From positions 59,956,001 to 60,020,000 of the forward strand of contig CM052817.1 of the NCBI GenBank assembly GCA_028534125.1: a stretch of DNA of 64,000 bases, written 5' to 3'. The position numbers were made by a program, and so were the translations under genes. The first letter of the stretch is position 1, and each line of letters starts with the position of its first letter. Shown piece after piece: positions 49,431-63,070 of this stretch. This stretch comes from Lama glama (lineage: Eukaryota). Under the pieces are notes generated by a model that saw only the letters and a program-made list of their open reading frames with translations, did not search any database and had not been told where the DNA came from.

Positions 49431-51997
49431 AAATAAAATATAGGAAATACATGATGTTACAAGTTGTGACAACATTACTAACCCATAAGAAAACATTTTT
49501 AATAGGAACTAGTGATGGAAACCAGAATTCAGGAATCAAGGAATAAGGGGTAGTAGGTAAGGGTATTGAAGTATCTGGTGAGGACTGTCCTCTGGAGAGA
49601 TTGAAGATTTGGGTTGGGTAAAGATGATGCAGTGACTAAGAACACATGCACAACAGAAGGACAACATACAAATGCGGGGTGAATTGAACACTTTTGCTGA
49701 AAAAAACATGTAAGAAAAACAAGCAAAAGTGATTGAGAATTAACAGAGTTGAGAACCCAATAAAACAAGTACATTGTTTAGCCTGGAAAAATACTTAAGT
49801 AAAGGAAATACGAAAGAAGCAAAACAGTTTTTCCTTAAGAATAAAAGTTTAGGGTCTTCATTTTGTAAGATACTCATTTCTGAGCAAGTGACAGAACTTT
49901 CCTTTTTTCCATAATTTGGTATTTTTGAGTTATGGAAAAGGGATTGACAAAGAATATGATAAAGTTCTTAAAATGTGAATTTAAAAATTGCTGTAAAGTA
50001 TTAATAAGAATTTTTGATGGAGTGAGTCAATACAGTCTTTCCATACTTTCAAACAGTAAGTGGCAACCTATGAACAGTGGTACATATATATGCAAAGGGT
50101 AAGCATGAAATACCAAACTGGACAAGCTAGTCTCAAGAATGGCCACTTTATGTTTTTTTCATGAGGTGGGAAAGAAGCTGGAAACACCTGGTTGGAATCT
50201 TTGTGCTTATGGAAATGGAGTTTTTAGAAAAAAGGTGACAGGAAGCTAAGCTGGGGAAGAAGGCAAACCAGTGCTACCAGCATTAGCCAGGAGCTTAGAG
50301 TTCTTTCAGTGAGCTAGCAGTTCTCCTGAGCCTACTCTCTACCAAGCCTCCAAAGGAAGAAGGGAGAAAGTTGTCATGGCCACAACCACCAGAGCCAGCA
50401 GGGAGACAGAGGCTTGTCTCACCTCCTTTGCTCAGTGTCACACAACTGAACATTGCAGAACTGGACCAGCAGCCTGGCTCTAGAGTCTCTGCTCTTAATA
50501 CTGTAATTTTTGCCGTAGTGTAGATCACCAGTATTTGTTTTATAAGTGCAGTACTTGTTTTTAAAAATCTTAAAGGGTGGTTTGAGAATTATTTTCATTA
50601 TATTCTATTTTTTTGCATTTTTGTATATTATTTATGTTTTTTCCTCAAAAATGAAGACATAAGTACAAGCTGGCATCTTGCTTTGAACTGGTACAATTCT
50701 GTTCCTAAATTCAAATGGTTACGAAAATATGTGAAAATTGTGCATATCTTATTTTGACTGTTTTCTTAATTTAGAAGTGAGATTCTTCAGTTTTATTTCT
50801 ATGATACCAGAAATTCAGCAGATTCTCTCAAGTGTCAGAAATTCAGTTAATCACCTAATGTTTAATCTACACTTTATCAGATAACCAGATCTAATGCTTA
50901 ATTTAGCTGAATAAATGCGTTGATACTTTGCATCTCAGTCTCATACTTCAGATATTTTTAACAAATAAAACCCAGGGAATATAATTATTCTTAGTTTTTT
51001 CATTATTATTTTGCTTGTTATTCTTTTTTCCTGCAATAAAAGTAAAACAAAAACAATAGAAAGTTACGATAAAACATAAGAAAAGTAACCACTCTGTAAA
51101 AATACACAACTTCCTCACTAGAATAAAAATGAAATTAATAGCTTATCTGATTAATTTATACAGTGCTTACAAATTTCCAAAAACAATTTTGAAGAGTTCT
51201 AAAATTAGACTTAATTGTGCTAATTATGGGAAATTTAGTGGGTCACAATGAGGAAAAAAGTAAGAGATAAAGTGATGTCTGAAGAATGAATGAAAATCTC
51301 TTAGATTTGGGTAAAATTCAGTTGCTGTGTTTTTTGTTGTTGTTGTTGTTTTACATACTGTATTTATGACTTTTGGTACATAATCTTTTTTTTATATTCT
51401 TTGAAAACAACCAATGGCAGTAGGTTATTTTTCTTTTATATAAAATATTACATTAGAGGAATTGGTGTAGTATTAATATCCTATTTCTTACACAGAAGAA
51501 CAGATGTCTTAGTCATTGCTGTTTTACTACATTTTCAAAATCCTTTGTTTGTATTTATTGATAGTCTTCAAAGATGGTTTTGTGTTATGTGTTGACTCTA
51601 TGATAATATGAAATAATGAAATAGTCATCCATTTTCCTCAAACTTTTTGATATGTTGACATTATATATAAAAGTGAGGACATTTCCCTTTGGATAAACTG
51701 AGCAAAATCTGTTGTTCAATTATTTTATTTTTAAAAAGTTAATACATTGATTAAAAATGAATACTAATCAAATAAAATATATGAAATTATGGCATTGTAA
51801 GTCTGATGGACCTTGCTTTTCAAATGGTTTAGTGTATGTTATAGTTTAATTGTAGTTTGATTGTTCTAAATTTGAAATGTGTATCTTTCATAGATGCAGA
51901 TTCAGATATGGTGGGCTAGCTTCCTAGCCTAATTCAGATAATTCTGTTTCACTTATTAATACAATTGCTGATATTAATTCTAAGACTTATTAGTTAA

Positions 51998-52490
51998 CTG
52001 TATTAGAGTTCTCCAGACAAACAGAACCAATAATACAAATACACACACACACACGCACACTGTTCTGTGTATAAATTTATTATAAGGTATTTTCTCACGC
52101 AATTATGAAAGCTGAGGAGTTCCACAATCTGCCTTATGTTAAGCCGAAGAACCAAGAAAGTCAGTGGTGTAGTTCAGAGTTTGGGGAGCCAGAGAGCTGG
52201 TGGTGTAGATTCCAGTCTGAGTCTGAAATCCTGAGAACCAGGAGCACAGAGGGCAGGAAAAGGTCCCATCTCAACCAGCCAGCCAGTTAGAGTTCTCCCT
52301 TTCTCCACCTTTTTGTTCTATTTAGGCTCACATCAAATTGGGTGATGCCCACTCGCCCTGGGGAGAGCAAACTGCTTTGCTCAGTCTATAGATGCAAATG
52401 CTAATTTTTTCTAGAAACACACTTGCAGACACATCCAGAAATAATGACTAACCAGATATGTGGGCACCCTATAATCCAGTTCCTTTGGTG
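51998..52490 (-). mobile_element. MLT2-type (ERVL) LTR
   Basis: tgtattagagttctccagacaaacagaaccaata..(CA)n..tttattataagg..ctcacgcaattatgaaagctgag..ctgctttgctcagtctat..ccagaaataatg. Confidence 0.88.
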
Positions 52491-52747
52491 CTAGATAGTA
52501 AGTATTGTTAATTCACAGAAGATTACAGGAACTGAGCTGATAAATATGTCACTTTCCAACGTAAAATACATGTTCATTTTGGAATATTTATGTTGTTTTT
52601 ATTGTCAAATAATAACAGAAACTCACTGAAGTAAATAAAACAGCAGAAGGAAAGTGATGTTACTGTTTTCTTTTTCGTGCATAATCATAAGAGGCTTCAG
52701 CCATTATTCATAGGACACATGTAACTATAGAGCAGCAATCTGGCTCT

Positions 52748-52938
52748 GGGTGCCAGATAAAATGCAATATGTCCAGCTAAAGTTGAATTTCAGGTGAAAC
52801 ACAAAGAGTATTTAAGCATAAATGTGTCCCCAGTATTGTATGGGAGATAGTTATTCTTAAAAAAGTATTTATTGTTTATCTGAAATTCAAAGCTGGCTGT
52901 GCCTCTGCATTTTTATTTGCTAAATCCGGCAATCCTAC
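52748..52938 (-). mobile_element. MER53 hAT MITE (palindromic)
   Basis: gggtgccagataaaatgca..ttgaatttcag..tgtcccc..tgggagata..tttatctgaaattcaaa..tttttatttgctaaatccggcaatcct matches the recalled MER53 consensus. Confidence 0.88.
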
Positions 52939-53519
52939 ATGTGGCCAGATGCTCCCTAGCCCTTCCCATACTTGTCCCATCACTCTGCCAGACAGGTTTT
53001 GTTGAGGAGTGAAGGACAGAGAAAAGAAGGGCAACTTTGAAGTCTTTAAAATGGTAAAAGCCAAAATGACTGCTCTCTTGGCTTTTCAAAGGGAGGGGCT
53101 GGGACTGCTGTAAGACATAGTTCAGTATATGCTAAGTTTACCTCCAGACCCCTTTAAGCCCCACTGTCTGCCTCTCAGGCCTTCTCTCTGCTGCCCAGAA
53201 ACTGAACAAGTAGGGACAAATCCCTTGCATTGTCTAGTCTCAGTTTCCCCATCTGCTGAACATCACCATTCTTAAGTGGTAGAAAATGAAACAGGTGATG
53301 TGATGTGACTGACTTCTGTAGATATGGTGGTTGGTCCACACCTCACTGATGCTTTCTAACAGAAACCCGGATAACTAGAAGAAAGCAGCCAGTCGTATGG
53401 GCGGAGGAGGAAGGGTGAAAGAGATTGTATCTGCAACTACAGATAAAGTGGAGAAGATGAGGGACGGATGGTACCGCACATAAAAAATTTTAATGGCGAC
53501 AGAGAATTCCATACTGACC

Positions 53520-53745
53520 TTTTTTTTTTTTAAGTTCAACTTTACTGAGGTATAATTGACAAAATTGTTAGATATATAAATTGTACATTATGTTGATTCA
53601 ATATACATATACATTGTGAAATTATTCCCCCATCTAGTTAGTCCATCATTTAACATATATATATTTTGTGTGTGTGTTTTTGTGTCAGAACATTTAAGTT
53701 CTACTCTTTTAGCAAAGTTCAATTATATTTAATGCAATGTTTCAT
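53520..53745 (-). mobile_element. L1MA-type 3' terminal fragment
   Basis: Poly-T then tttactgaggtataattgaca..atacattgtgaa..agaacatttaagttctactcttttagcaaa. Confidence 0.85.
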
Positions 53746-54129
53746 GTCTTAGTGGTCAGGGAATGCTTTTGGGGAAAGGTAGGGTTAGCAAAACTCCTTA
53801 CAGAACAAATGAGATGAACAAAAATACATTCCTTGTGGTACCTTCATCTAAGCAAAACTCTGATGTGAAAATACAAGGGATTCACCTTGAAGAACTAACA
53901 CCACTGATACAAGCTGAGGGTGTGTATAGGCAATTGGATGGGGTTACGTCAGGAATATACTCTTGGTTTTAACTATAGAAGGCACTGGACAACAAACTAT
54001 GGAGTTTAAATTTTAAATGTTCAGTACCAAAGAAAATTAGGTAACCTGCATGACCAAAAACATCAAGACCCAAATATTAGATGGGAGTTTTTTTTTTCTT
54101 TTTAATAGTAATAACAGCCTAAGTTACAG

Positions 54130-54450
54130 TGGTTGCAGTGAGATAGAAGGGCATATGTGAGAATATTTTGATAGGAAAATCAGTAGGGCTATCCTTAGGA
54201 TCTGGTAAGGCAAGGCAAAAGACCAAACATGACTTGATGAAAGTTTTGAGTCTAAATGTCTGGGGAAAACAGTACACTTTTAACTGAAATAGAGAAGTCA
54301 GAAACAGGTTAGATTGGAGAATGATGAGATCAGGTTTCACTCTTTGAAACAAGACATTCAATGAGGTGTATCAGCAATGAGTTAAACATGTGGACTGAGA
54401 AAGCATGAGAGAAGTATAAAGTGAAAATAAAATTTGGAAAAGTGAACATT
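54130..54450 (-). mobile_element. L2 fragment
   Basis: gggcatatgtgagaatattttg..aagttttgagtcta..atgatgagatcaggttt..catgtggactg resembles the L2 body in reverse. Confidence 0.55.
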
Positions 54451-55839
54451 AAGGTAACTGATGTTCTTTTCCTACCGTTTTAATTTGTGTTAATGAGTTG
54501 TTCAGCACCAGTTAAATAAATCAACCCTTTCTGAAAAGAGCTACTGTGTAAAGAAAGGGACAGTAAAACACTAGTTGACTGAAGTCAGAGCTAATGTGCA
54601 GAACAATGATACAGCTGAATGACTGCTTCTTTTTGTATCTATCCGTCCCGATGCCGCCTGCTGTGCTTGACTTGGCACATATGACAGGCAGGGTGATGGG
54701 GCCAAAATAAATGAAGTTTGTGGTCTGATTTTAGCAATGGTTTCATTTCTGTTCATAAGCACGTATTATTTACATTTTTATAGAATTGGCAAAGAAGGTA
54801 AGCCCACTGAAGCACTTATTTTGATTTGAATAGAAAAGGAATTTATTGTAAAATCTGTTTTAACTTTCTTTGCCTCAGTTTGTCCTCCCTAAAATGGGGA
54901 TAATTATGTTACCTGCTATAGTCACTGAGTTGTCACTATAAATAACCCACTAGATCATAATATGATTGGAGTTCATTTTTCAAGATTTAAATGACACTAA
55001 CTTCATTCTATTTATGTGGTCTTTCTCTGTGTGCTTCTAATCTAACCCATATTTCGTAGTTGATAAAAATAGTCATCATATTTTAGTATTGCTTAACTAG
55101 AAACTAACCTTTTCCTTAAATAAATAAGGACAATGGAAAAAGCAGAAATCCAAAGATATTTTGAAAGATTTCATAAACATATTATGTTTAAAATAAGAAC
55201 ATGAATACATTAATAAAATGTCTCTGAAGAAGTAGTATGTGATAATCTAGAAGTTAATAAAGTATTATGATAAAAGAAGTGTTCCTTATATTTATTATGC
55301 TCCATGTGTAGCTATTAAAAGATTTAAAGTGAATATGGACTCAACACAAAATTGCATGAATGAAAGTTGTACAGAAAGTGTGGAAAAACTTATTATTATA
55401 AAATTGCTCATTCAGTGCTACAAATACCTTTTTTTTGGTTCATTGGGACCCTGGTATTTTTCTCTTCTCAACCAGCTGTTTAGCTATTTTGTCTTAGTAA
55501 AATTGACTACATTTTTTCTATGACTATCTTACTATTATATACCCAGAACACTTTATAAATAAAAAAAAGCAAAAACGCTTTCAGTAATTTCATGGTTATT
55601 AAACATTCCAAAATGTTCTATCTGAAAAATGAAGTATTCAGCTACATTAATCTTGCCAAGCTATTGAAACCAGTTTCTGTGTATTCTTTGCTCTAAGGTA
55701 TTTAGCTTATTGGAGGCTTGGTTAGTGGCTGAATGTGACTGGCCACTTGGATTTATTCCTTATTGGCATGTGAAATAAACTGTTACCCCTCTAATGATAT
55801 TAATTTTAAATATCTCATTATGTGCTCCTAGTGAGCATA

Positions 55840-56020
55840 GCTGGGGAGTTTAAAAGTTCAGTTTTGGGAATAGACAGACCTGTCAGTCTTGTATCTGCCG
55901 CTTAAATAGCGGGGATCACCTATTTGACTTGCTTCTTCTAACCCAAGTCTCAACTGTTAATATGTGATTAAATGAGAAAAATTTGAATAATAGTTGGGGC
56001 AGAGTAAATGATCATTAAAA
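55840..56020 (+). mobile_element. MIR SINE
   Basis: gttttgggaatagacagacctg..tctgccgcttaaatagc..gtctcaactgttaa..gattaaatgaga. Confidence 0.6.
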
Positions 56021-57049
56021 AGCAGATATTCCTTAAAGAGAAGCTTTATCAGTGGCCACTACTTTATTATGCAGACATGCTTTCATTGGTTAACTTCTTT
56101 TGTTTTTGAGAATAACTTTTTGTTGCTGTTTCACAAATAGATAACACAAGCACAAAATCAGTCCTGACTATTATCATCTGTGTTAGTTTTGAAGACACAA
56201 TTAGTTAAGAAGCCTCATGTTTATCCATTTGTTTAAAACAGTAAGTTCTCACTTCAGTTGTCTGTTTCTTTCATAAGCCCTGGAAAATTCTCACAATTAT
56301 ATTACTGCTTTACCATTTTAGATTTGTGACATTTTATTGTTTTTATCTTAATAAAAGCCTTTTAGATCTGATTTACAAACACCTGTGTTTTATCAATAAA
56401 TATAGAATTTTACAAGTCTATTTAAGTAAGGATAATTAAATGCAAAACACACGGTACAGATATTTATGACAATACTGATTTCCTTAGTACGTGCATTATG
56501 ATAATCAAAGAAAAAAATTAACTTTTCAATAGGGTCTCTGTTGGTTATAAGCCAGGGCCTGTGGTTACTGGTGGTTATTTTGTCTTTTGGTGTGAAAGAA
56601 GATATGTGGAAAATTTTGAACCACTCACAAATTCCACCTGAACTACTTGAGTTAGAAGTTAGCCTCACAAACTCAGGAAGAGTCTCTGTCTCAGGAAATA
56701 GCTCGTGTCTGTCATGTTCCCACTAATTTATACCCTCTCTATTGATAACAATGTATTGCAATAGCCAAATGTGTGCATTCGTGTCTCTTCATGTCATTTG
56801 TATATGCCATAGGTTGAGAATTATTGATATTGCCTGTTGCTCAAGATTCTCATCTTTAACCATGTTGAGCATTTTAGTACCAGAAACCTATAATATTTCA
56901 TATATATTAAGGCTGTCCTAGAGGTGCAGTGGACACAGGGAATTTGTATTTTGAACATTGTCTCAATCTTAGGGAAAATGTATCTTGAGTGCCTTTTGAA
57001 ACCTAACTCTCCTTTCTCCTGTTGATCAGTTTTTCAGTTCTCTTCATTT

Positions 57050-57575
57050 TCACTTATTCGCTAATTTATTAAAAATTAAGTACCTACTAGACACAAATTT
57101 TGAAAAGAGCAGTTATTTTGGTAAGGAAGCCATAGGTTATAGAGACAGTGCTATAGGAACATATGTTTGTTACACAGCATGGCAAAAATAATACTAAAAA
57201 GACATATACTGTGGAATTCTCCACCAGGGACTACTCACCAAGCCTAGAGGGAATTCAGGGGTATAAGGAATATTTCTGGTAATCGGGGAGGCCTGATTTG
57301 AAATTCATAGGACCTAGCTAGTTAACAAGAGGAAAGTGCATTCTAGATGGAAGGAAGAATTTGAACAAAACTATAGCACTGAGAAATCTCACCATGTATA
57401 AATGCCTCTAGCGTTTACCAGATTTAACTCTGCAGAAGCTAATTAATCTTTGTTGATTTAAATTTTCTCATCTGTTAAATAAAGGTAATCTCATAAAGTT
57501 GTTGTGAGGATTAAATGAGGTAAATTGTTTAAATGATTTGGGTTAGTGTCTAATGCATAATAAAGACCTAACATT
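57050..57575. mobile_element. L2 fragment (-) followed by MIR (+)
   Basis: gcattctagatggaaggaagaatttgaacaaaa (L2); ttttctcatctgttaaat..ctcataaagttgttgtgaggattaaatgagg (MIR). Confidence 0.65.
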
Positions 57576-58869
57576 TTTTGAACCCTTTGTGCCTACAACT
57601 GTAAGTGCTTTGTATAAGTTTCACTCTGTAGACTTCAAGCTTAACCGCTAGATGTTAATTGGTATTTTGTTCAGCAGTGGTATATTTAAGCAAAGTGGAT
57701 GCTAACATTAATGTGAATTTTCAACTATTAAGACAAAGTACATGTAAGTACTCAAGCTATCCAATAACTGTGTTGTTACTGGTCAATAATTAGAAGTGAA
57801 TTGTACATTATAGATGAGAGTCAACAAAGTTGAATACTGCAGATACTTAGCCATAATGGTAAGGTTGACTCTGTATTAAAAATATTTTATTTATAATATG
57901 AGATGTTAATATTTCCATTGACAAACTGAAACAAGTTTGTCAGTAGATATTTTAGGAAATACCATATTAAGAACCAAACAAAATAACTTCTTAGTAAAGC
58001 TAGGTACTATTTTCTTGCCTCAATTACATAGCACAATCAAATAAAACATTGACTTGTATATCATTTTTGACAGTTATGTATTTCCTCCTATTTATTTCTT
58101 CCTCTTCCTTCGTTCTTGCCATTCTACATAGAGTATACTGTAAATTATTTTTGTGAATGAATCATCATAGAACTTTTTTTGGTATTGTAGGTAGGTCACT
58201 AGATTGTAATTCCCAAATGGTCTTTTGTGTGCCTTTTAAAGATTGGGAGAAAGCCTTTTCTAGTCATCTAAATTCAACTACTCACCCACAAGTACTTATC
58301 TATAAAATACCAATTGCTGGGAGAGTTCCTCTTTCCAGTTCTTTAGCACTCTCAGGTGGATGGTTTTTCAACTGACCTACAACTGTTAAGCTTGCTTAAG
58401 TAGTCCCCAAGTATTTTGTCCCCATTTTAATTGCTATTGCTGTGCTTACCCTAAGTGAATAAAGTGAAGTTTAGCAGGGATGACTGCCTTGAAGTGCAAT
58501 CTAGGTGAAAATAGCTATTGTATATATGGTGGTTCAATAACAAATGACACCTGGAAGAAATAACAGGGTCATAATTAAATACAATCTAAATTTGAGGGAG
58601 ACACACATTTCTGTTGTGTCTAACAGTGCCTATGAAAATGGCATGTAGAGATAAAGCTTACCCCTGCAAATCAAAACCCAGATTTTAAGACCACTTAAGA
58701 ACAAGATATTTAGAAATTAAAAAGTGTTGAAAAGGAAGGAGCATAAAATATTTGTGATTAGAAAATACTAGCATTAAAGGAACCTAGAGGAATGTGAACA
58801 ATTAAGGTTTTAGAGAAGCTTTAGTCTGTGATGAAGGAACTGCCTTTAAAGAACTCTTTTACTGTCCTT

Positions 58870-59021
58870 GTAGCCTAGTGGAGGAGAAAGGGCTTTGGAG
58901 AAGGTGAGCCTGGCTTGAAATTCCAGCTGTGCACTTAATAGCTGTGTACTGTTGATCTTATATACATTTCTAAATCTCTCAGTCTTTTCACTTATAAAAT
59001 GAGAAAACCATTATATACTTA

Positions 59022-59064
<43 letters not shown>

Positions 59065-59165
59065 GAGATTATATATATATCACGAGGTTATTATAAAGAT
59101 TAAATGAACTAATATATGACAAGAACTTTGTACAGTGCCCAGTATTTAATTGTTACACTGGTAAT
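58870..59165 (+). mobile_element. MIR SINE containing a (TA)n(CA)n microsatellite (59022-59080)
   Basis: gggctttggag..cctggcttgaaattccagctgtgcacttaatagctgtg..ctcagtcttttcacttataaaatgag..gattaaatgaactaat. Confidence 0.85.
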
Positions 59166-60409
59166 AATGTTAATGGTAACAACTAGTAATAACTAATTAA
59201 AAACTACTCCTACAGAATATGTTAATCAGCTACATTCTAAATAGCTTCAAACAAAAATTTACTCATATTAAGCCTATAACACTCTTACTTTTTTTTTCAT
59301 CTATTTCTCTGTTAGTGGAGAAATGAGAACAAAAATAACAGACAGTGACACTGACTTATTGTTCTGTGTCTGGAATCTGAGTGCCTGATTCTGACCAGAG
59401 ACTTCATAAATATTTGTGGACTAAGGGAAAAAAAGAATGATATTTAATAATCTAAGACTAGATTAGTTTAGGGAAATGATTGGTATTGAGAATGTTGATT
59501 TATTCTCTAGATTTTAAGGGTTCTTTTGAGTTATTCCACCAAGTTAATCATTTGCGATTTTTTTAGTTTAAAAATAATTTTCTTTATGTGTTGCATGTAA
59601 GAGTGGCAAGGGGACCATATATCTCTATCTGGTATATTCTGAGTGTATAACTCACACCTTTATTTTATATAATCAATTGACTAAGAGAGAGGAAAGGTTT
59701 CCCAGACGTTGTTTTTGGAAAATGTAGTAAGAGCATGGATAACAGTGTTTGTATAGAAAGACAGAGACTTTTCCTTATATATATAGAATTGCTTGGGCCC
59801 AGCACTCTCTACATTGAAATGTGTCTTACTCTAATTCTGTCTCTCTCACTCACTCTCACACTCTGTCTCTCTCTCTGTCTCCCGCACTGCATTTGTCATG
59901 TGATAAGAGAAGTGACAAACGGTTTTCAGACGTACCTGAGTATAAATTCTCTGTCACCTATTGCTGTATTTTAATTATTTCCTCTTTAAAATGCCAAAAA
60001 TGCCCACCCAGTTGTGAGCATTTTAAAATAATATGTGCAAAGTACCTTGGATATAGTAGATGATCATTAAATATTGTTTCATGTAAGTAAGTGTTTCCCT
60101 GATAGTAGTAACATTTTTGGCTACTCAGGCAAACACCAAGGCCTCTATAATTATGTGAAAGGTAAGAGAATATACTGTATACCAAGCGAATTTTCTAATA
60201 AAATTAACTTTTTGTCCTTAATATTATTTTGGACAAATTATTCTAAACCAAAAGAAAGAAAGAGAGAGAGAGGGAAAGAGAGAAAGAAAGAATGAATCAA
60301 GGAATCTTGAAAAGAAGCAGAATAACTAGTATAATGTATTTTCAACAGTTATCATCCTTCTCAAGTTAATCAATACTTGTATATTACCAGACTTATGATA
60401 GTGAGGCAA

Positions 60410-60545
60410 TTCATTCATGTGTTTATTCTGCCAACAAGTGTTTATTGAGAGCCACCATATGCTAGGCATTGTTAACATGCTTGGGAGATATGAGTGAACA
60501 AAATAGACCTGCACTGAGGAAAGTTACATTCAGGAGAGTCATAGT
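60410..60545 (-). mobile_element. L2 3' end
   Basis: ttcattcatg..caacaagtgtttattgagagccaccatatgctaggcattg..gtgaacaaaatagac. Confidence 0.8.
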
Positions 60546-61841
60546 TTATTTTAATCCCTGGGAGCATATTAATTCCAGACTGGTGTTTGTTGGCTTCACC
60601 TTGGAGGTGTGGAGTATCAGAATTTTGCTCTGTAAAGCTATGAAAGTGTTTACTCACCTAACTTGATAATATGTAGACATATAACATGTCTTAACATTTT
60701 CTATTAATTAAGATCCTTTTATTTTTACTTCCTGAGATGATTTTGTGTACATAGAAGGGAGAATTTTTCTCCTTCAAGAGCATAGAGATTGGGGACCTTT
60801 ATTAGCTCTGAAGCGTAAGGATTTGTCACTCTGCTTCACTGGTGATGACATGAACCGTTAATCATTTTTACTTTAGAATTTGATTAGTTTCCCATCCCAG
60901 CCCCCACAACCCAGTATGTGTCAAGTTTACTTAATTCAACATTAAAAATAAAAACAAAAGCAGAATGGACTAGTAAAGGTGAATGCCACTTTTATTATTC
61001 TATCCTAGCCTCTGGTTGTGCAGGGGAATTCGATTTGCCTATTTCATGAATGTACATTCCAGCAGTGGCCTTCAGCTGTTAACTTTTCAATCCGCTTATT
61101 TCAACGCAGCAAAAGCAGTCTTGGAAGAGCTTGACTCAATGTTGGATTCTCTACTGTCTGTATTAGATTGTTGTCAGTAACTTATTACAGGATCTTATTG
61201 GATGGTCTTTGTCCTGCTGTATCACTTTCCCGGCAGAGGTACAGGAAATAAAAATCTCTGTGACCAGGACCTTGGATTTGGATAGTTCAATTAGTTGTTC
61301 AGGAAGTCTATCAAAAATGTGACTCCTGGTCCCTGAACTCTGGCAGTTTCATTATTAGAGTGAAATGTTAGTGACAAATGAGGTATGATTGTCTGGACAC
61401 CTCATCAGCCTGCTAGATTATGGCCTGAAGTAAAAGGGACGTTCTGTAAAGGGCAAAGTTTTGATGGGGTTCTAAACATGTGACTCAAAACCAAAGCCCA
61501 TAAAAAATGGGGAACATCGTATATTTGGGAACAGTAATAAACTTTCGTAGTTCTCTGAAATTCCACAGTCAGAATCAAAGCTAAGTGTGACACATTAAGG
61601 TTTAAGATGAGTTTTCTTATTAGCTATGGTTGTAAATACAAAGAATATTTTCAGAAATTATTGACAACAGCTTAGGTATAATGATAGTAGAAAGCTTATC
61701 TAAATGTATTATGTTAAAATTTTCTGTGTAAAGCAGTGGTTAATAAATACTAATACTTGTTATTTTAATAAATTTCATATATTTGTATGTACATTATCGA
61801 GGAAAGTTTGTGCCAAAGTATGTGTGTTCATATATTTACAC

Positions 61842-62581
61842 TACTGGTTCTCCATAGGAATGAAACTGCCCCCTAAGGGGCATATTGGTAGTCTGTGGGT
61901 TACTATTTGCTTATCAGGATGTGGAGGGTACTGTGATCATATAGTGGGCAGAGATACTTGATAATCTGCAAAATAAAAAAGTTCTTCTGCCTACAGACCA
62001 TATTCCCATGTTTTAATGATCACTTATGCGTCAGGAAAACTTGTTTGATTATCTGAGCCTAGACTCTAATTGTATTTTACATGTAACTCCAAAGAGTATT
62101 CTGTATGGTTTAAATACAGTCTGACTTTCCATAATTACAACTAGTTTCTAAAGTTAGAGAAAATGGTACTACGTTTTGTTTTAAAGTTTACAATAGCTGT
62201 TTTCCATTTTGTAAAATCACATTGCTAATGGCAATGCCAGTCATGGTTTTTAGTCACCAATTCAACATACTGTATCTTTCTTTCTTTGTAGCCATTACAT
62301 TCACAGAGATTGTATGTAAATTTATAAACATAGGGTTTCTTCATTTATAGAATACACAAAATTGAAAATTTAAATACTTATTTTTAATTTAATTTTTCTG
62401 AATTCTCCTGTATATATATATTAGATAAGAAGTTATATTGGGAAAAAAAAGGAAAAAAATGTTATATTGAAAAATTTCATTCAGCTACATTACACCGTCT
62501 ATAAATTGGATTTCAGATAGTAAAAGTGATGAAAAGTATGCTGTAAAAGGGCTCTGAGTCCTGTAGAATTGAGAATCATTG
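61842..62581 (+). mobile_element. MER20B-type hAT-Charlie DNA transposon, near full length
   Basis: Degenerate termini tactggttctc / gagaatcattg; internal gccccctaagggg, attatctgagcctaga, aaaatcacattgctaatggcaatgcc match the recalled consensus; degenerate 8-bp TSD atttacac (61834-61841) / atttatgt (62582-62589). Confidence 0.85.
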
Positions 62582-62789
62582 ATTTATGTATATGGAATAT
62601 CTGGCTGTTTGACCATACAGCCAAATACAAATACCGAATGTTTCCAAATTGTTGGAAAATTTCTTTGGTGTAAATATGTGTATTTTAAAGCAAGTTCCCG
62701 GCAAATTCAGACCTATTAATGGGCAGCAAAATTTTGAGATGAAGGCATGAAAATAAATCCTGAGGTCAGCATAATAAATTTTCTTTAAG

Positions 62790-63070
62790 TAATTCAAATG
62801 CATATGTATTAAATGCCTCATTATGCAAGACACCTTGCAAAATGCTGGGGAGACAAAGACAAATATGAAATAATTCACTCTTCCAGGGAGTGTATATTCT
62901 AGAGGGAGGTACAGACAAATACCTAAGGAATGTTAATGCAATGTATATCTAATAGAGTTATTTTTACAGTTCTATAATAGATTGAAAGAGGGACCTGGTA
63001 CAAGACATACTTTGAAAGCTATGTAGAGGCTTATGTTGTGGAAAGCCTTAAATACTGTACAAAAATAATG
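62790..63070 (-). mobile_element. L2 3' fragment
   Basis: attcaaatgcatatgtattaaatgcctcattatgcaagacacc..tgctggggagacaaagacaaat. Confidence 0.7.

Noticed and set aside
52748..52938. Long hairpin as a novel structured RNA or miRNA
   Set aside because: Explained by the palindromic MER53 MITE.
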